Source: a virus (Duplodnaviria; Caudoviricetes). Taken from it: a stretch of 47,445 bases of DNA. The position numbers and the translations under genes are program-made. The notes beneath the pieces were generated by a model. That model was not told where the DNA came from and did no database searches. It worked only from the letters and a program-made list of their open reading frames with translations. This document shows positions 25,687-35,024 of the stretch, piece by piece (positions within the stretch are counted from its first letter, which is position 1; the number at the start of each line of letters is the position of its first letter). The stretch lies in IMG/VR virus record IMGVR_UViG_3300037780_000051, positions 1 through 47,445 of that record; one strand, written 5' to 3'.

Positions 25687-26315
25687 GCGTTACGCACCCA
25701 TGGCGACGGATATTCGTTCGGCTTCGGACGACCATGAAACGCGACCACACTTGCACCAACGGGGGGCGCATGGCGCGAGTGATCCTTGAAGCTAGCGACC
25801 TTCAAGCCGGGCCAATGCCGGATTTCCTCGCCCGCGTCCGTGAGTGCGTCCTCGATGAACGCCTGATCGCCGATGCGACCGCCGGGGCGGGTCCGGTCGT
25901 AGTGCTGCATGATCCAGTCAGCATCCGACGCCATGACCGAGAACAGGTGCGAGTAATCCCCGCACCAGGTCATCGCTGTTGAACAGATACCGCCAGCGCG
26001 CTTGCCCCACATCTTGACTGACCGGAACCCGGGCTCGCGCTGGAACAAATCGCCCAGCGGGCCGACGACGACGGAGTCGAGATCCAGATACAGGACAGGA
26101 CCATCGAACAAGCCCCGGCGGAAAAGTTCGATCTTTGCCCACCACCGCGGCCACGTCGTCACGAGCTCGATCCGCTCGCATGGAACGTCAACGTCGGACA
26201 GACACACGAACCGGTGCGGCTCGTCGAGGTGTCGGGCGGCCCCGTCCCGCAACTTGGCGACCCATGACGCGTCATAGACGCCCCCGGCACGCAGGACGCA
26301 GGCGACGGTGATCAA
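25677..26315 (-). CDS. GT-A fold glycosyltransferase (GT8-like)
   Basis: WWAKIELF, LYLDLD (DxD), GDQAFI, VVAFHGRPKP; TTG start overlaps the adaptor gene stop. Confidence 0.82.
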   Translation of the reverse strand: MITVACVLRAGGVYDASWVAKLRDGAARHLDEPHRFVCLSDVDVPCERIELVTTWPRWWAKIELFRRGLFDGPVLYLDLDSVVVGPLGDLFQREPGFRSVKMWGKRAGGICSTAMTWCGDYSHLFSVMASDADWIMQHYDRTRPGGRIGDQAFIEDALTDAGEEIRHWPGLKVASFKDHSRHAPPVGASVVAFHGRPKPNEYPSPWVRNAWR

Positions 26316-26875
26316 AGCCCCGTACTCCTGCCGATGGACGCCATGTAGAGCGACGGGCCCTTGAGATCGGGGATCAGGATCGCGGCGAGAAGGTCGGCGA
26401 TCACGGTCAGCATCGGGCGATAATCCCAAGCGGTACCGGTGCCGCCATCCTGATAGGTCACCGACAGAGGTCCAACCTTTTCCTGTTTGACGACCTCGCT
26501 CGGCGTGATTTTGGCGTGCAAGACGCCGGCATTGTTGAGTTCGTACCAAGCGGCCTCGGCGACCGCGTCCTCGACAGGCGCCGGAATTGTGGTCGAGCCG
26601 ATGGCAAGGCCATCAACGTCCGTTGCCCCGGTACGCGGCCACAAGCGGCGCTGCGTCGCGCTGGCTTTTGTCCCTGGCCACCGGCTCGGGAGATCCGCAG
26701 TCGGACCCCCGACCCCCTCGACGAACACCGTCCCGATCCGGATCGCGGGTTCGATTTCGGTGTCATCATCGAACCCGGAATAATCCCAATTCCGCGCGTC
26801 GGCATATGCCTTGAACGCGGCAAGGGAAAGCAGGGCGTCATCGGACGCCCCACCGGGGGTCACGGTCAGGGTCAT
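26312..26875 (-). CDS. Head-tail adaptor (DnaT-like / gp15-type)
   Basis: FKAYADAR, Q...WPR, IPAPVEDAVAEAA, EKVGPLSVTY. Confidence 0.8.
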   Translation of the reverse strand: MTLTVTPGGASDDALLSLAAFKAYADARNWDYSGFDDDTEIEPAIRIGTVFVEGVGGPTADLPSRWPGTKASATQRRLWPRTGATDVDGLAIGSTTIPAPVEDAVAEAAWYELNNAGVLHAKITPSEVVKQEKVGPLSVTYQDGGTGTAWDYRPMLTVIADLLAAILIPDLKGPSLYMASIGRSTGL

Positions 26876-26876
26876 A

Positions 26877-27053
26877 TCAGCGATCCACTTTCTGTTTCGG
26901 TTTCAGATCGAAACCGACCGATTGCCTAGCGTACGCCAGCGGCTTTCCGTCCGGACCGAGTACCTGTGAATGACTGGGGCGATCCGCTTCGTGGCAAGTC
27001 GTGGCGACCCGCCCGGTTTCACCCCACGGGTCAAAATGGGTCGGCTCGCTCAT
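26877..27053 (-). CDS. Small hypothetical protein (58 aa)
   Basis: MSEPTHFDPWG...QVLGPDGKPL...VGFDLKPK; GAGG RBS; fills the gap exactly. Confidence 0.6.
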   Translation of the reverse strand: MSEPTHFDPWGETGRVATTCHEADRPSHSQVLGPDGKPLAYARQSVGFDLKPKQKVDR

Positions 27054-27057
27054 GACC

Positions 27058-27447
27058 TCAGGCCGCCTCGCGCGCCGCCATCACGGCGTCCTTGAGGTCA
27101 GGCCAGATCGCATCGCGTTCGGCGGCTGTGAATTCCGGGACGCCTTCGGCCAGCTGCGCGTTGATCGCGCGCACGTCGGGCACGCCTTCCTTGGTGAACC
27201 GGTTCGCGTCGATGACCTTGCAGGCCTCGCCCATCAGTGCGGCGCGATCGGGATCGACGGTCACTTGCTGCACCGGATCATTCACCGGGTTCGTGATGGC
27301 GGCTTTCGGAGCGCCGTCGATGATCTTGCGCGCCTTGCCGACCAGGTAGCCGGGCACCGCGTCGCCCTCGATCTTGACGACATCGCCGACCGCGTGCTCT
27401 TTCCCATCGGGCCCGTGCGCGCCCTTCTGCGTGATTTCGAGTTTCAT
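27058..27447 (-). CDS. Head-associated hypothetical protein
   Basis: AAGGA RBS; FTKEGVPDV...TAAERDAIW; follows the capsid gene. Confidence 0.7.
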   Translation of the reverse strand: MKLEITQKGAHGPDGKEHAVGDVVKIEGDAVPGYLVGKARKIIDGAPKAAITNPVNDPVQQVTVDPDRAALMGEACKVIDANRFTKEGVPDVRAINAQLAEGVPEFTAAERDAIWPDLKDAVMAAREAA

Positions 27448-27479
27448 GGTGGTTTCCTTTCGCTTTCGGGTGGTCTCAG

Positions 27480-27512
27480 AAAAAGGGCCGGCCGGTTTCA
27501 AATCCGGCCCTT
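27480..27512 (-). terminator. Terminator after the major capsid gene
   Basis: AAGGGCCGG...CCGGCCCTT stem followed by T5 on the minus strand. Confidence 0.7.
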
Positions 27513-27533
27513 CCTGCTCAGACCTCCCTCGCC

Positions 27534-28562
27534 TTACGACGAGTGCGCGATGCCGCAGTTGTCTTCGGCGTCGTATTTGATCTCGAGCGCCTGCGCTGCC
27601 ATCGTGACGAAGTTGAAATCGTCCTCGGGGTTGGCGCGGAATTGCTGGCGCGTCGACATGGGCATGCCGTTCAACACCTGCAGAACGCGACGATCCTTCA
27701 CGACACCGATGATCGTGTCGGCGGCCACGTTCGACGCCGGGATGACCTCGCGGACCCCGCCGTTTTCGAGGATGCGCTGTGCGATCGTCTTGTTCGGATA
27801 GGCCGTCGAGTAGTCGGTCTGCGACGCGTAGAACCAGTCATCCCAGTTGACGTACAGCGTGGCCGGCACCCGGAAGTTGTTGCCATGCAGGAGGGCGAGC
27901 GTCGCGTTGACGTCGGCTGCCCACTGGACACCGGTGCAGGCCGAGAGGTCATTGGTCGTCGACCGGGTTTCGCGCTTCGGATGGTTGGTGAGGCCGTAGA
28001 GCTGATCACCGCCCACCACGATCGAGGCGTCGCCCACAAGCGCGAGGTTTTCCAGCTTCTCGGCCACCTTGAACATGGCGTTGCGGCGCGCCGCCCCGTC
28101 AAGCTGGTAGCCCTCGGTCGCGGCCGCTTCCATCTGGCGCCAGCCATAGGAGAACGTCGAGTCCACGATCGGGAGCGGGGTGCCCTGGTAGGTGATCGTC
28201 GGCTGGTCGGTGCGGGCTTTCGAACGCCCATCCATCGACACGTTGACCTCACCGGAGTCGCTGATCTGCTGGAAGTAGTGGACCAGCTTGCCAATCGGCA
28301 TCGGCATACCGACGGACGCCGCAAGGTCACCGAACACGGCCAGCACTTCGCGCTGAACCTCGATGCCCTCACGGTCCCATTCGCCCCACACATCGCGCGG
28401 CAGCGGCGAGGCGTTCCCGAGCATGTCGCGCTCGTGACGGTTCACGGCGACGCGGCGATCGCGCAGCCATTCGTTCTGGGCGTTCGACGCGAACGCCAGA
28501 CGGTCCGGAAGGTCCAGACCGGTTTCAGCCCCCGCGGGGTGCTGTCGGTTGTAAACGAACAT
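27534..28562 (-). CDS. Major capsid protein
   Basis: 342 aa after the protease and decoration genes; TPLPIVDSTFSYGWR, LYGLTNHP. Confidence 0.85.
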   Translation of the reverse strand: MFVYNRQHPAGAETGLDLPDRLAFASNAQNEWLRDRRVAVNRHERDMLGNASPLPRDVWGEWDREGIEVQREVLAVFGDLAASVGMPMPIGKLVHYFQQISDSGEVNVSMDGRSKARTDQPTITYQGTPLPIVDSTFSYGWRQMEAAATEGYQLDGAARRNAMFKVAEKLENLALVGDASIVVGGDQLYGLTNHPKRETRSTTNDLSACTGVQWAADVNATLALLHGNNFRVPATLYVNWDDWFYASQTDYSTAYPNKTIAQRILENGGVREVIPASNVAADTIIGVVKDRRVLQVLNGMPMSTRQQFRANPEDDFNFVTMAAQALEIKYDAEDNCGIAHSS

Positions 28563-28575
28563 GGTTCAGACCTCC

Positions 28576-29052
28576 TTAGCTCGTCGGCATGGTGAATTGC
28601 GACGCGATGATCACGTCGGCGAGGTCACCGGCATCGAAGGTGCCGGCGGTGTCGTCGAAGTAGGCGTAAACGACGTCGCCCGCCGGACTGTCGACGGCGG
28701 CGGTCAGGTAGCCCGACGCCCCGATGGTCAGCTTGTCGCCCTTGGCGTAGGTGCCGGCGGCGAGGCGAACCTGCGCCTGATCGCCCGGCATCAGATCCAG
28801 CGCCACGCCGGTGTCACCGGACGCGTAGGCGGTGGCGATCGGCGCGGTGGAGGCGTCCTGTCCCTGACCGTAGAAATTGCGCACGTCGAGCAGATAGAGC
28901 TTCTCGCCCATATCCGAAGCCGTGGCGACGGTCAGGACCGACCCGGAGTCAGTGACGAAGATGCCAGGGAGATATGCACCGGCGACTGTGCGGTCGGAAA
29001 GCGAACGCACCTGACGCTCGATCGGACCGCGGAAAATGACGTTACCGGACAT
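28576..29052 (-). CDS. Capsid decoration/cement protein
   Basis: Small Ala/Gly-rich beta protein directly upstream of the major capsid gene. Confidence 0.7.
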   Translation of the reverse strand: MSGNVIFRGPIERQVRSLSDRTVAGAYLPGIFVTDSGSVLTVATASDMGEKLYLLDVRNFYGQGQDASTAPIATAYASGDTGVALDLMPGDQAQVRLAAGTYAKGDKLTIGASGYLTAAVDSPAGDVVYAYFDDTAGTFDAGDLADVIIASQFTMPTS

Positions 29053-30218
29053 TAGTGCGCCTCCCCTTGCTTGGCGCCCGAGTTCAGCGAGAAGTCGGAC
29101 CAGTCGTCATCTTTGTCGTCACCCTTGAAGGCGCCGTTGAGTGCAGCCGCCTTGCCGGGTTCTGCCTTGGCGGCCAGAGCGCGAAGGGTGTTCAGCGGGG
29201 TCGCCTTGGCGGTTTCCTCGTCGAGGATGTTGGCTTTGACGACCTTGGCCTCGAGGTCGGCCTTTTCGGCGTCATCCTTGGCCTTGTTGGCGGCATCGAT
29301 CGACGCCACGTGGTCGGTCACCGGCTTGATCGCCTCGGTCACCGCGTTACCGATGGTCTCGCCAAGAGCCTTGGCCAGATTTTCGGGTTTCAGGCTTTCC
29401 TCGATGGCGTTGACCTTCGCGGAAAGCGTCTCGAGCTGCTTTTCATCAGCCATGTCTGCTTCCTTTCGATTTTGTGCAGAGGTTTCCCCGCCATCGGAGC
29501 CGGTCATCGCCTCCAAGATTGCGGTCTTGATGCGCTCAAGCATGGGCGCGCGGGCCATCTTTTCGGCAGCCCGGACAGCCATATCGGCCGCCCAATCGAG
29601 CTCACGTTCCGCATCTTCGATCGCGGAATTGATGACCTCGATATCCTCGGGTTCCCCCTTGGAATTCACGAACATTCCGACGCCTTGTTCGGGCGTGGCC
29701 GCGCCTTCCTCATTCAAGAGGATGGCGTCGTGGTCGAATTCGATGTTGCGGGCGATGTGGTCGAAATCACCTTCGCCATTGCTGGCCTCGAGATTGCAGA
29801 AAAGCCCGGTCGACGTATGGACTGGCTCGCCCTTTTTGACGGCGTTCAGTACAGCCTTGCCCGCCTCGCTCTGGTTGGCACGTTCGATATCGATGACCTT
29901 GTCGAGAAACACCCGGCCATTTTCCTGCCGAGCGTTTTCGTTCCACGCCCCGATCCACCCGATGTTGATGCCTTCCGGGTCACGCGCCGACACGAACTTG
30001 CCGTTGATCAGCGGATGACCAGCGGGCGCAGGCGTGCGGTTGAGGCTGGCGAAGCTGGCCTTGATCTCTTCGGCGGGATACTTGATCCCGTTCATCACGA
30101 CATCATCGGGCAGCGTTGCGGACGGCACGACGACCACGTCGCGACCGTTCCGCTTTTCGTAGCGCGCAGCCTTCGTGTTCGCCAACGATCGAACGTTGAC
30201 GCGGACGCGTTTAGGCAT
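29052..30218 (-). CDS. Prohead protease / scaffold (DUF2213-like)
   Basis: PAPAGHP, HTSTGL, FDHDAILLNEEGAATP, coiled-coil C-terminus. Confidence 0.8.
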   Translation of the reverse strand: MPKRVRVNVRSLANTKAARYEKRNGRDVVVVPSATLPDDVVMNGIKYPAEEIKASFASLNRTPAPAGHPLINGKFVSARDPEGINIGWIGAWNENARQENGRVFLDKVIDIERANQSEAGKAVLNAVKKGEPVHTSTGLFCNLEASNGEGDFDHIARNIEFDHDAILLNEEGAATPEQGVGMFVNSKGEPEDIEVINSAIEDAERELDWAADMAVRAAEKMARAPMLERIKTAILEAMTGSDGGETSAQNRKEADMADEKQLETLSAKVNAIEESLKPENLAKALGETIGNAVTEAIKPVTDHVASIDAANKAKDDAEKADLEAKVVKANILDEETAKATPLNTLRALAAKAEPGKAAALNGAFKGDDKDDDWSDFSLNSGAKQGEAH

Positions 30219-30227
30219 GGTGGCCTC

Positions 30228-31616
30228 CTATTCTGTGGGGGGCGTGTCTTGACCCGGAGACGGTGGCTCGGGTTCGTCCTCGAAATCGTCGATGAACCGG
30301 TCGGCATCTGACAACGGCTCAAGATCGACCGAGGCGCGGATCTCGTCTGAAGTGAACACGATTTCCGGCGACCCCGCCCGGCTCGCCTTTTCGTTGACGC
30401 CAGACATCTTGTCGGCACGGTCGATCTTTTCTGCCATTGACGCTTCGGTCAGGTCGGTCCAATCGATCGACCAATCGCGTTCCGGCAAAATTCCGAACCG
30501 TTCAAGCCGGTTCACGAATTCCATGATAGCGGGGATCACGGTGTCAGACCGGCGCCCCATGCAGGTCTGCGCCCATTCCCGGGCATCTTCTTGGCTGGCG
30601 CGCTCGCCTGTCTGCATCCCGACGAGGATCTTGACCGGCATTTCAATTGAGGCTGCGAAGGACTGTAGGGCGACCGCGAAAAAGTGTTCCGGGCTTGGCA
30701 GCGTGACGCCGAGGGTTTTTGCCTCGATACCCTGCAACATGAGGGTCTTGTCGAACCCCTTTTGCCATTCCTCGGTTTGCGTGTTGAGCGCGTCGACGAG
30801 TTCAGTCTTGGCGACCCCCATCGCCTGCGCCATCTGTTCAAGCTGCGCTTCTTTGTCGACCTGCAGGACCGGCGCATTCTTGGCGTTCTTCCAGAACCCC
30901 TCGCCGCCAGAACCGGAGATCTTTTCGAGCGTCAGGAGGTCGTTATACCCGGATTCGAGAAGCGAACGCCCGTGGATCGTGCCATCAGTCGACCAGACGA
31001 TGACGCGGTCAGGATGGATCGAGAACGCGCGATTTTGCCCGTCCTTGCCACTGCCGACCTGCGCCTCGTTGAATTCGAACATGGTCGGCTGGCCGTAGGT
31101 TTCCGACGTCTGATCGTCATCCCATTGGGAAACACGGAGCTGACCTTGCCAAGCCGGGATGATCTCGACCAAACCGTCGAGCCCGCCGGGCACGCGGTCC
31201 ACCGGTTCAATGAACGGCTTGGAGTCAGCGAGCCGCAGGATAACTCCCGCATAATCGCCCACCATCGACCGGCGATCAGCTTCGGCCAGCCGTTGCCAGA
31301 CACGAAGGTCGGTGAACCGCTGCCGGATCTCGATTTCGGTCGGGCTTTCCTTGTGTTCTTCCTCGCGTTCCAGAATGAACGGGTGTGTTTCCCAGGTCTT
31401 GCGCGCGGTCTTTTTAACCGCAGCCGACGCAATACCGTTTCGCGTGAACATCGCGAAATACTGGTCGAACCCGATCGACGTCGGCCACCCGAAATCGGTG
31501 TAATGGTTGTGCTTTGCGGCCTCGAAATAACCCGGAAACAGCGATGACACGCGGCGCGTGGCGGTATTCGCAAGGGCTAGAAGTGCAGAAACGGCGCCGC
31601 CGGTCGGTGTATTCAT
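30228..31616 (-). CDS. Portal protein (DUF1073-like)
   Basis: After terL; RNGIA, IHPDRV, GGEGFWKNA, KILVGMQTGERAS; ATG at 31616. Confidence 0.85.
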   Translation of the reverse strand: MNTPTGGAVSALLALANTATRRVSSLFPGYFEAAKHNHYTDFGWPTSIGFDQYFAMFTRNGIASAAVKKTARKTWETHPFILEREEEHKESPTEIEIRQRFTDLRVWQRLAEADRRSMVGDYAGVILRLADSKPFIEPVDRVPGGLDGLVEIIPAWQGQLRVSQWDDDQTSETYGQPTMFEFNEAQVGSGKDGQNRAFSIHPDRVIVWSTDGTIHGRSLLESGYNDLLTLEKISGSGGEGFWKNAKNAPVLQVDKEAQLEQMAQAMGVAKTELVDALNTQTEEWQKGFDKTLMLQGIEAKTLGVTLPSPEHFFAVALQSFAASIEMPVKILVGMQTGERASQEDAREWAQTCMGRRSDTVIPAIMEFVNRLERFGILPERDWSIDWTDLTEASMAEKIDRADKMSGVNEKASRAGSPEIVFTSDEIRASVDLEPLSDADRFIDDFEDEPEPPSPGQDTPPTE

Positions 31617-33307
31617 CAGCCCCTCCCCTGCAGTTTGCGGCGCGCGTTGGCGCTGAGAAGCATTTGCGCTGGTTCGCCTAGATCGATGATCGGCCAAAAC
31701 GCCATCACTACGGAATCCGCCATGTTCGGCGACCGGGTGCCCTCGGGTGTCTTGTCCACGACCAATTTCAGGCCAGCCGTCGTCCGTGATGCTGTTGCCT
31801 GACTCAATTCCTTTTGAAGCTGCCGCAACTTCGGAAGGTGACCTGGAAGCGAAATTAGGTCGTCTGGATCGTACTCGATCCCCTCGTGGATCGCGCGGTG
31901 TGTCCGTTCGAACCGCATACGCAATTGCCACCAAGCTTGCGCTTTCAGGTTCCTGAAGAAATCCTGATTGAGTGGGCTTTCCTTATCGTTCGGGATCAAT
32001 CGCTTATCCGGCCACTGGACCCCAGCACCTGCCGACCAAGAAACAAACTTGAGACCGGCTGGGAGGTCGTTTTCGGCTGCAAGCCGGTTCGCCTCAGATT
32101 TGACCCCAGCGCCGACGCCGACGCTGTCGTATTGAATTTCGACTGGCTCGTCAGCCAGCTTTGCGACCGCGCGCCGCGTCGTCGCCCCGGTGTCACCTTC
32201 ACCCCAATCCTCGACGGATTCGAGAAGATAGCCCTTCCGGCTCGCCAGCGCATTCAGGTCACCGCCTTCGTCCGCGACATCGAGCCCTGCGATCTTCTTT
32301 CCGGTCGGTGGCGGAAGGTTCAATTTCCGGTCGGCATCGATCGCCGCGGATACCCATTCCGCCGGGATGATTACGCCGTCGACAGCCGCCGCATAGTTGC
32401 GATCAACCTCCTGTGCGAACACGTGCAACAAGCCATCCGCGACGGCCTTCGCGCGTCGGGTCTGATACCATTCGTCGGTTTTGGCAGGGTGATCGCGCCA
32501 GTCCATGACGAACACGTTCGTTACGCCTTTGATCGCAGGCCCACCAACCCATTCACGTCCCGCTTCACGGCGGCGGTGAAACACGTTACCGAGGCCGTTG
32601 ACCGAGCTGATATCCATCTGGACGCGCGTGTTATCGGCGAGCGCGGCCTCGATCTTTTCGGGCCGCTCGTAGTGCGCGCTTTCGTCCTTGAAATAGATCA
32701 ATTTCCGGCCGCCTCGGCCGATGTTGTCGCCAGCCTCGCCGGTGATCGTGGCCCCCGTTTCTGGGTTCACGATCCGCATGTACGTCATGTGATCTTTTTC
32801 GTTGAACCCGGTCGGCCAAAACTCTTTCGGCATCGACCGGATCAGCATGCGGATTTTTTCGAAGATCGAGTCCGGATCGCCGATCTTGTCGACGAGCTGT
32901 TCCTTTCGGCTACCCCAGCCGACTGCAGCGCCATCCCAGAACCGCCAAAGCCATACGGAAACCGCGGCACACACCCACGTCGCGCCCATGTCGCGGGCCT
33001 TTTCCATCAGGCCATTTTCCTCACCGTTGAGGCATGCCACGATGAAGTCGACGAGTTCGGCCTGCCGTTCGAACATGATGAAAGGCATGCGGGCCGGAGT
33101 CTTTTTCCCCGCGTTGCGGGGGTCGTAGGTGTCGAGCCAATGGTTGATGAAATCGATCGGATGCGACCGATAGAATTCGATGGCGCCGCCCCACAATTCC
33201 TGTTTTTCGCGCATGCGGCGCAATTGCTGTTGCCGCCACGACCAGACACTCACGTAGTCGGGTGGCCAATCGCTCCTTTTGCACGTCTTTGGGGCGCAGA
33301 TAGTCAT
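31616..33307 (-). CDS. terL: Terminase large subunit
   Basis: EKARDMGATW (Walker A variant), YFKDESA (Walker B), GLDVADEGGD, YDSVGVGAG, SPNMADS. Confidence 0.93.
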   Translation of the reverse strand: MTICAPKTCKRSDWPPDYVSVWSWRQQQLRRMREKQELWGGAIEFYRSHPIDFINHWLDTYDPRNAGKKTPARMPFIMFERQAELVDFIVACLNGEENGLMEKARDMGATWVCAAVSVWLWRFWDGAAVGWGSRKEQLVDKIGDPDSIFEKIRMLIRSMPKEFWPTGFNEKDHMTYMRIVNPETGATITGEAGDNIGRGGRKLIYFKDESAHYERPEKIEAALADNTRVQMDISSVNGLGNVFHRRREAGREWVGGPAIKGVTNVFVMDWRDHPAKTDEWYQTRRAKAVADGLLHVFAQEVDRNYAAAVDGVIIPAEWVSAAIDADRKLNLPPPTGKKIAGLDVADEGGDLNALASRKGYLLESVEDWGEGDTGATTRRAVAKLADEPVEIQYDSVGVGAGVKSEANRLAAENDLPAGLKFVSWSAGAGVQWPDKRLIPNDKESPLNQDFFRNLKAQAWWQLRMRFERTHRAIHEGIEYDPDDLISLPGHLPKLRQLQKELSQATASRTTAGLKLVVDKTPEGTRSPNMADSVVMAFWPIIDLGEPAQMLLSANARRKLQGRG

Positions 33308-33316
33308 TGGCGCCCC

Positions 33317-33565
33317 TCATATGCCGAATTGAGCGAAATCAGCCTTTTCTACGCATTTCGACCAGAGCCGATGAACCCGAAGCCAGTTCTTATCGCCTCC
33401 CTCGCGCTCAGCTTTTCGCCATGCTCGGTTTGTCAGCATCCGGAGTTTTTTCGGAACTAACGGCCAATGATCCTGGCAAAGGAATACGCCGTTCTGCCCG
33501 ATCCGTCGCGTGTATCTATTACACCCAAAGGCGCTGCATGTCGTTTTATAGGGCGTGACGGTCAT
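33317..33565 (-). CDS. Small Cys/His protein between the terminase genes
   Basis: CSAFGC...LCQDHW; ATGA coupled to terS. Confidence 0.65.
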   Translation of the reverse strand: MTVTPYKTTCSAFGCNRYTRRIGQNGVFLCQDHWPLVPKKLRMLTNRAWRKAEREGGDKNWLRVHRLWSKCVEKADFAQFGI

Positions 33566-34170
33566 TTTCCTTCACCGTCGAGGGTGGCCGCATAGGCTTC
33601 CGCTGCCTCCTGCGGTGTCATATCGGCGGTCACCGTCTTGACTGGCCCACCGTCCGGGCCGCCCAGTCCAATTTGATCCCGGAACGCCTGCACCATCACG
33701 TGCTTGCCGATCAGCTCGATCCGTTTGATCCGATCCGACAGCTTCACTTTGTGAACCCGGCCGATATGCTCGCGGTCTTCACCACGGCCTTCATACAGTT
33801 CTTCGACGTCGACGCCTGCAACGAGACCCTTGCGCCAGATATCCGGCCAGTCGTGGATCGGCTTGAGGTTCATATCGTCATCGAAGATGTCCGCGAGATC
33901 GGCCTCAGCTTCGTCGGCGAGCCGGTTCAGCACCCAATCAGAATTGATGCGGGTGCGTTCGGATCTTGCGGCTTGGGCAGCCTCGATCGCGGCCATCACG
34001 TTCGGTTTCGCAATCAGCTTTGCGCCGTAGGTCTTTGCTGAGCGTTCGCTGTAGCCCGCGCGCTTCGCGGCAGCCATAGCGTTCAGGTCGATCAGGTATT
34101 CCTCGACAAACCGAGCCTGCTTACCGGGCAGCTCTGCGAGGCGTTCTTCAAACGTCAGGGGTTCCGACAT
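33562..34170 (-). CDS. terS: Terminase small subunit
   Basis: KQARFVEEYLIDLNAMAAAKRAGYS...ELIGKH. Confidence 0.92.
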   Translation of the reverse strand: MSEPLTFEERLAELPGKQARFVEEYLIDLNAMAAAKRAGYSERSAKTYGAKLIAKPNVMAAIEAAQAARSERTRINSDWVLNRLADEAEADLADIFDDDMNLKPIHDWPDIWRKGLVAGVDVEELYEGRGEDREHIGRVHKVKLSDRIKRIELIGKHVMVQAFRDQIGLGGPDGGPVKTVTADMTPQEAAEAYAATLDGEGK

Positions 34171-34202
34171 CGCGCCCCCCTTTCGTTTTCTGGTGACCAG
34201 CC

Positions 34203-34392
34203 CCGGCAATTCCGCGGTTCATGAAGCTGGCCCCCGCGGTTGACGCGACCGCGCATTGCCGGTGAACGGTGCTGGCGTGCCGTTTGGGAGTAGGGCCGGG
34301 AATTGCGGTAGCACACGCCCTTTCCGCAGTTCCGAAACCGGGGGCGTGTGGTACGCGAGCGCCCAGATCCGAAATCCGGGGATCCGCTCTTG
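34203..34392 (-). ncRNA. Structured late-operon leader (twin hairpins plus a long stem)
   Basis: Stems at 34357-34389 and 34312-34350, each with TTTCGGA at the apex; stem 34203-34262. Confidence 0.55.
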
Positions 34393-34397
34393 TGGCA

Positions 34398-34426
34398 AAG
34401 GTAGCAATGGGCACAAGATCTGGCAA
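34398..34426 (-). promoter_or_regulatory. Putative late promoter
   Basis: TTGCCA-17 nt-TACCTT just downstream of the NusG-like gene. Confidence 0.6.
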
Positions 34427-34433
34427 GGCTTCA

Positions 34434-35024
34434 CTACCCCCTCGCCTTCACCTTGTCAGGGTCGACTGTCATGGACGTCGTGCGCCCCATGAATTCGACA
34501 TCAACGCACAGCCGGGCGAATTCGTCATGTGCCTTGCGCACCACTCCGCGAAACGTGGCGTCGAACCCCTCAAAAACCCCTTCGAGCAATTCGAGCGCCT
34601 GACCTGGTGCGAATTCGCATTGGTACTCGCTGTTCGCGCGCCGCCGCTGGACGTCGGCATATTCGGCTTCGACTGCGGCCTTGAAGTCCCTGAGCCCGTA
34701 GCGCGGTGGGCGTCGAACCATTGTCCCGTCTGCGCGCTCGATGTCACACGCGGGCATCCCTTCGATATCAAGCCTCGAAAGGCGCACAGGCTTTCCGATG
34801 ACGTGCTTCAGCTCGACGACGTCGCGCCAGTAGATCGCGGGAATGACGCAGAACATCAGCTTCGGCACGTAGGCGCGCTCCCACCAGACCACCTCGCGCT
34901 TTTCCTTCACGTATCGGCTCGCTAACGCCTTCGGAACCCACGGGTGCAGGCCCAGGTCTTTCAATTCCCGCTCGACTTCGAATTCTCGGTTCTTGGTCGT
35001 GTTGATCGCGTAAGTGTTCGTCAT
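34434..35024 (-). CDS. NusG-family transcription antiterminator
   Basis: NGN domain (YAINT..NREF...P.L.F) and KOW domain (FAPGQALELLEGVFEGF...VDVEFMGR); in the lambda Q position; start could extend to 35192. Confidence 0.8.
   Translation of the reverse strand: MTNTYAINTTKNREFEVERELKDLGLHPWVPKALASRYVKEKREVVWWERAYVPKLMFCVIPAIYWRDVVELKHVIGKPVRLSRLDIEGMPACDIERADGTMVRRPPRYGLRDFKAAVEAEYADVQRRRANSEYQCEFAPGQALELLEGVFEGFDATFRGVVRKAHDEFARLCVDVEFMGRTTSMTVDPDKVKARG

Noticed and set aside
30228-31616. Anti-CBASS Acb1 (a label sometimes attached to DUF1073 proteins)
   Set aside because: Size and position between terL and the protease identify it as the portal; the upstream 106 codons of the ORF-track call overlap terL
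27543-33460. Long plus-strand ORFs opposite the capsid, protease and terminase genes
   Set aside because: Antisense shadows of high-GC coding sequence with no motifs or RBS
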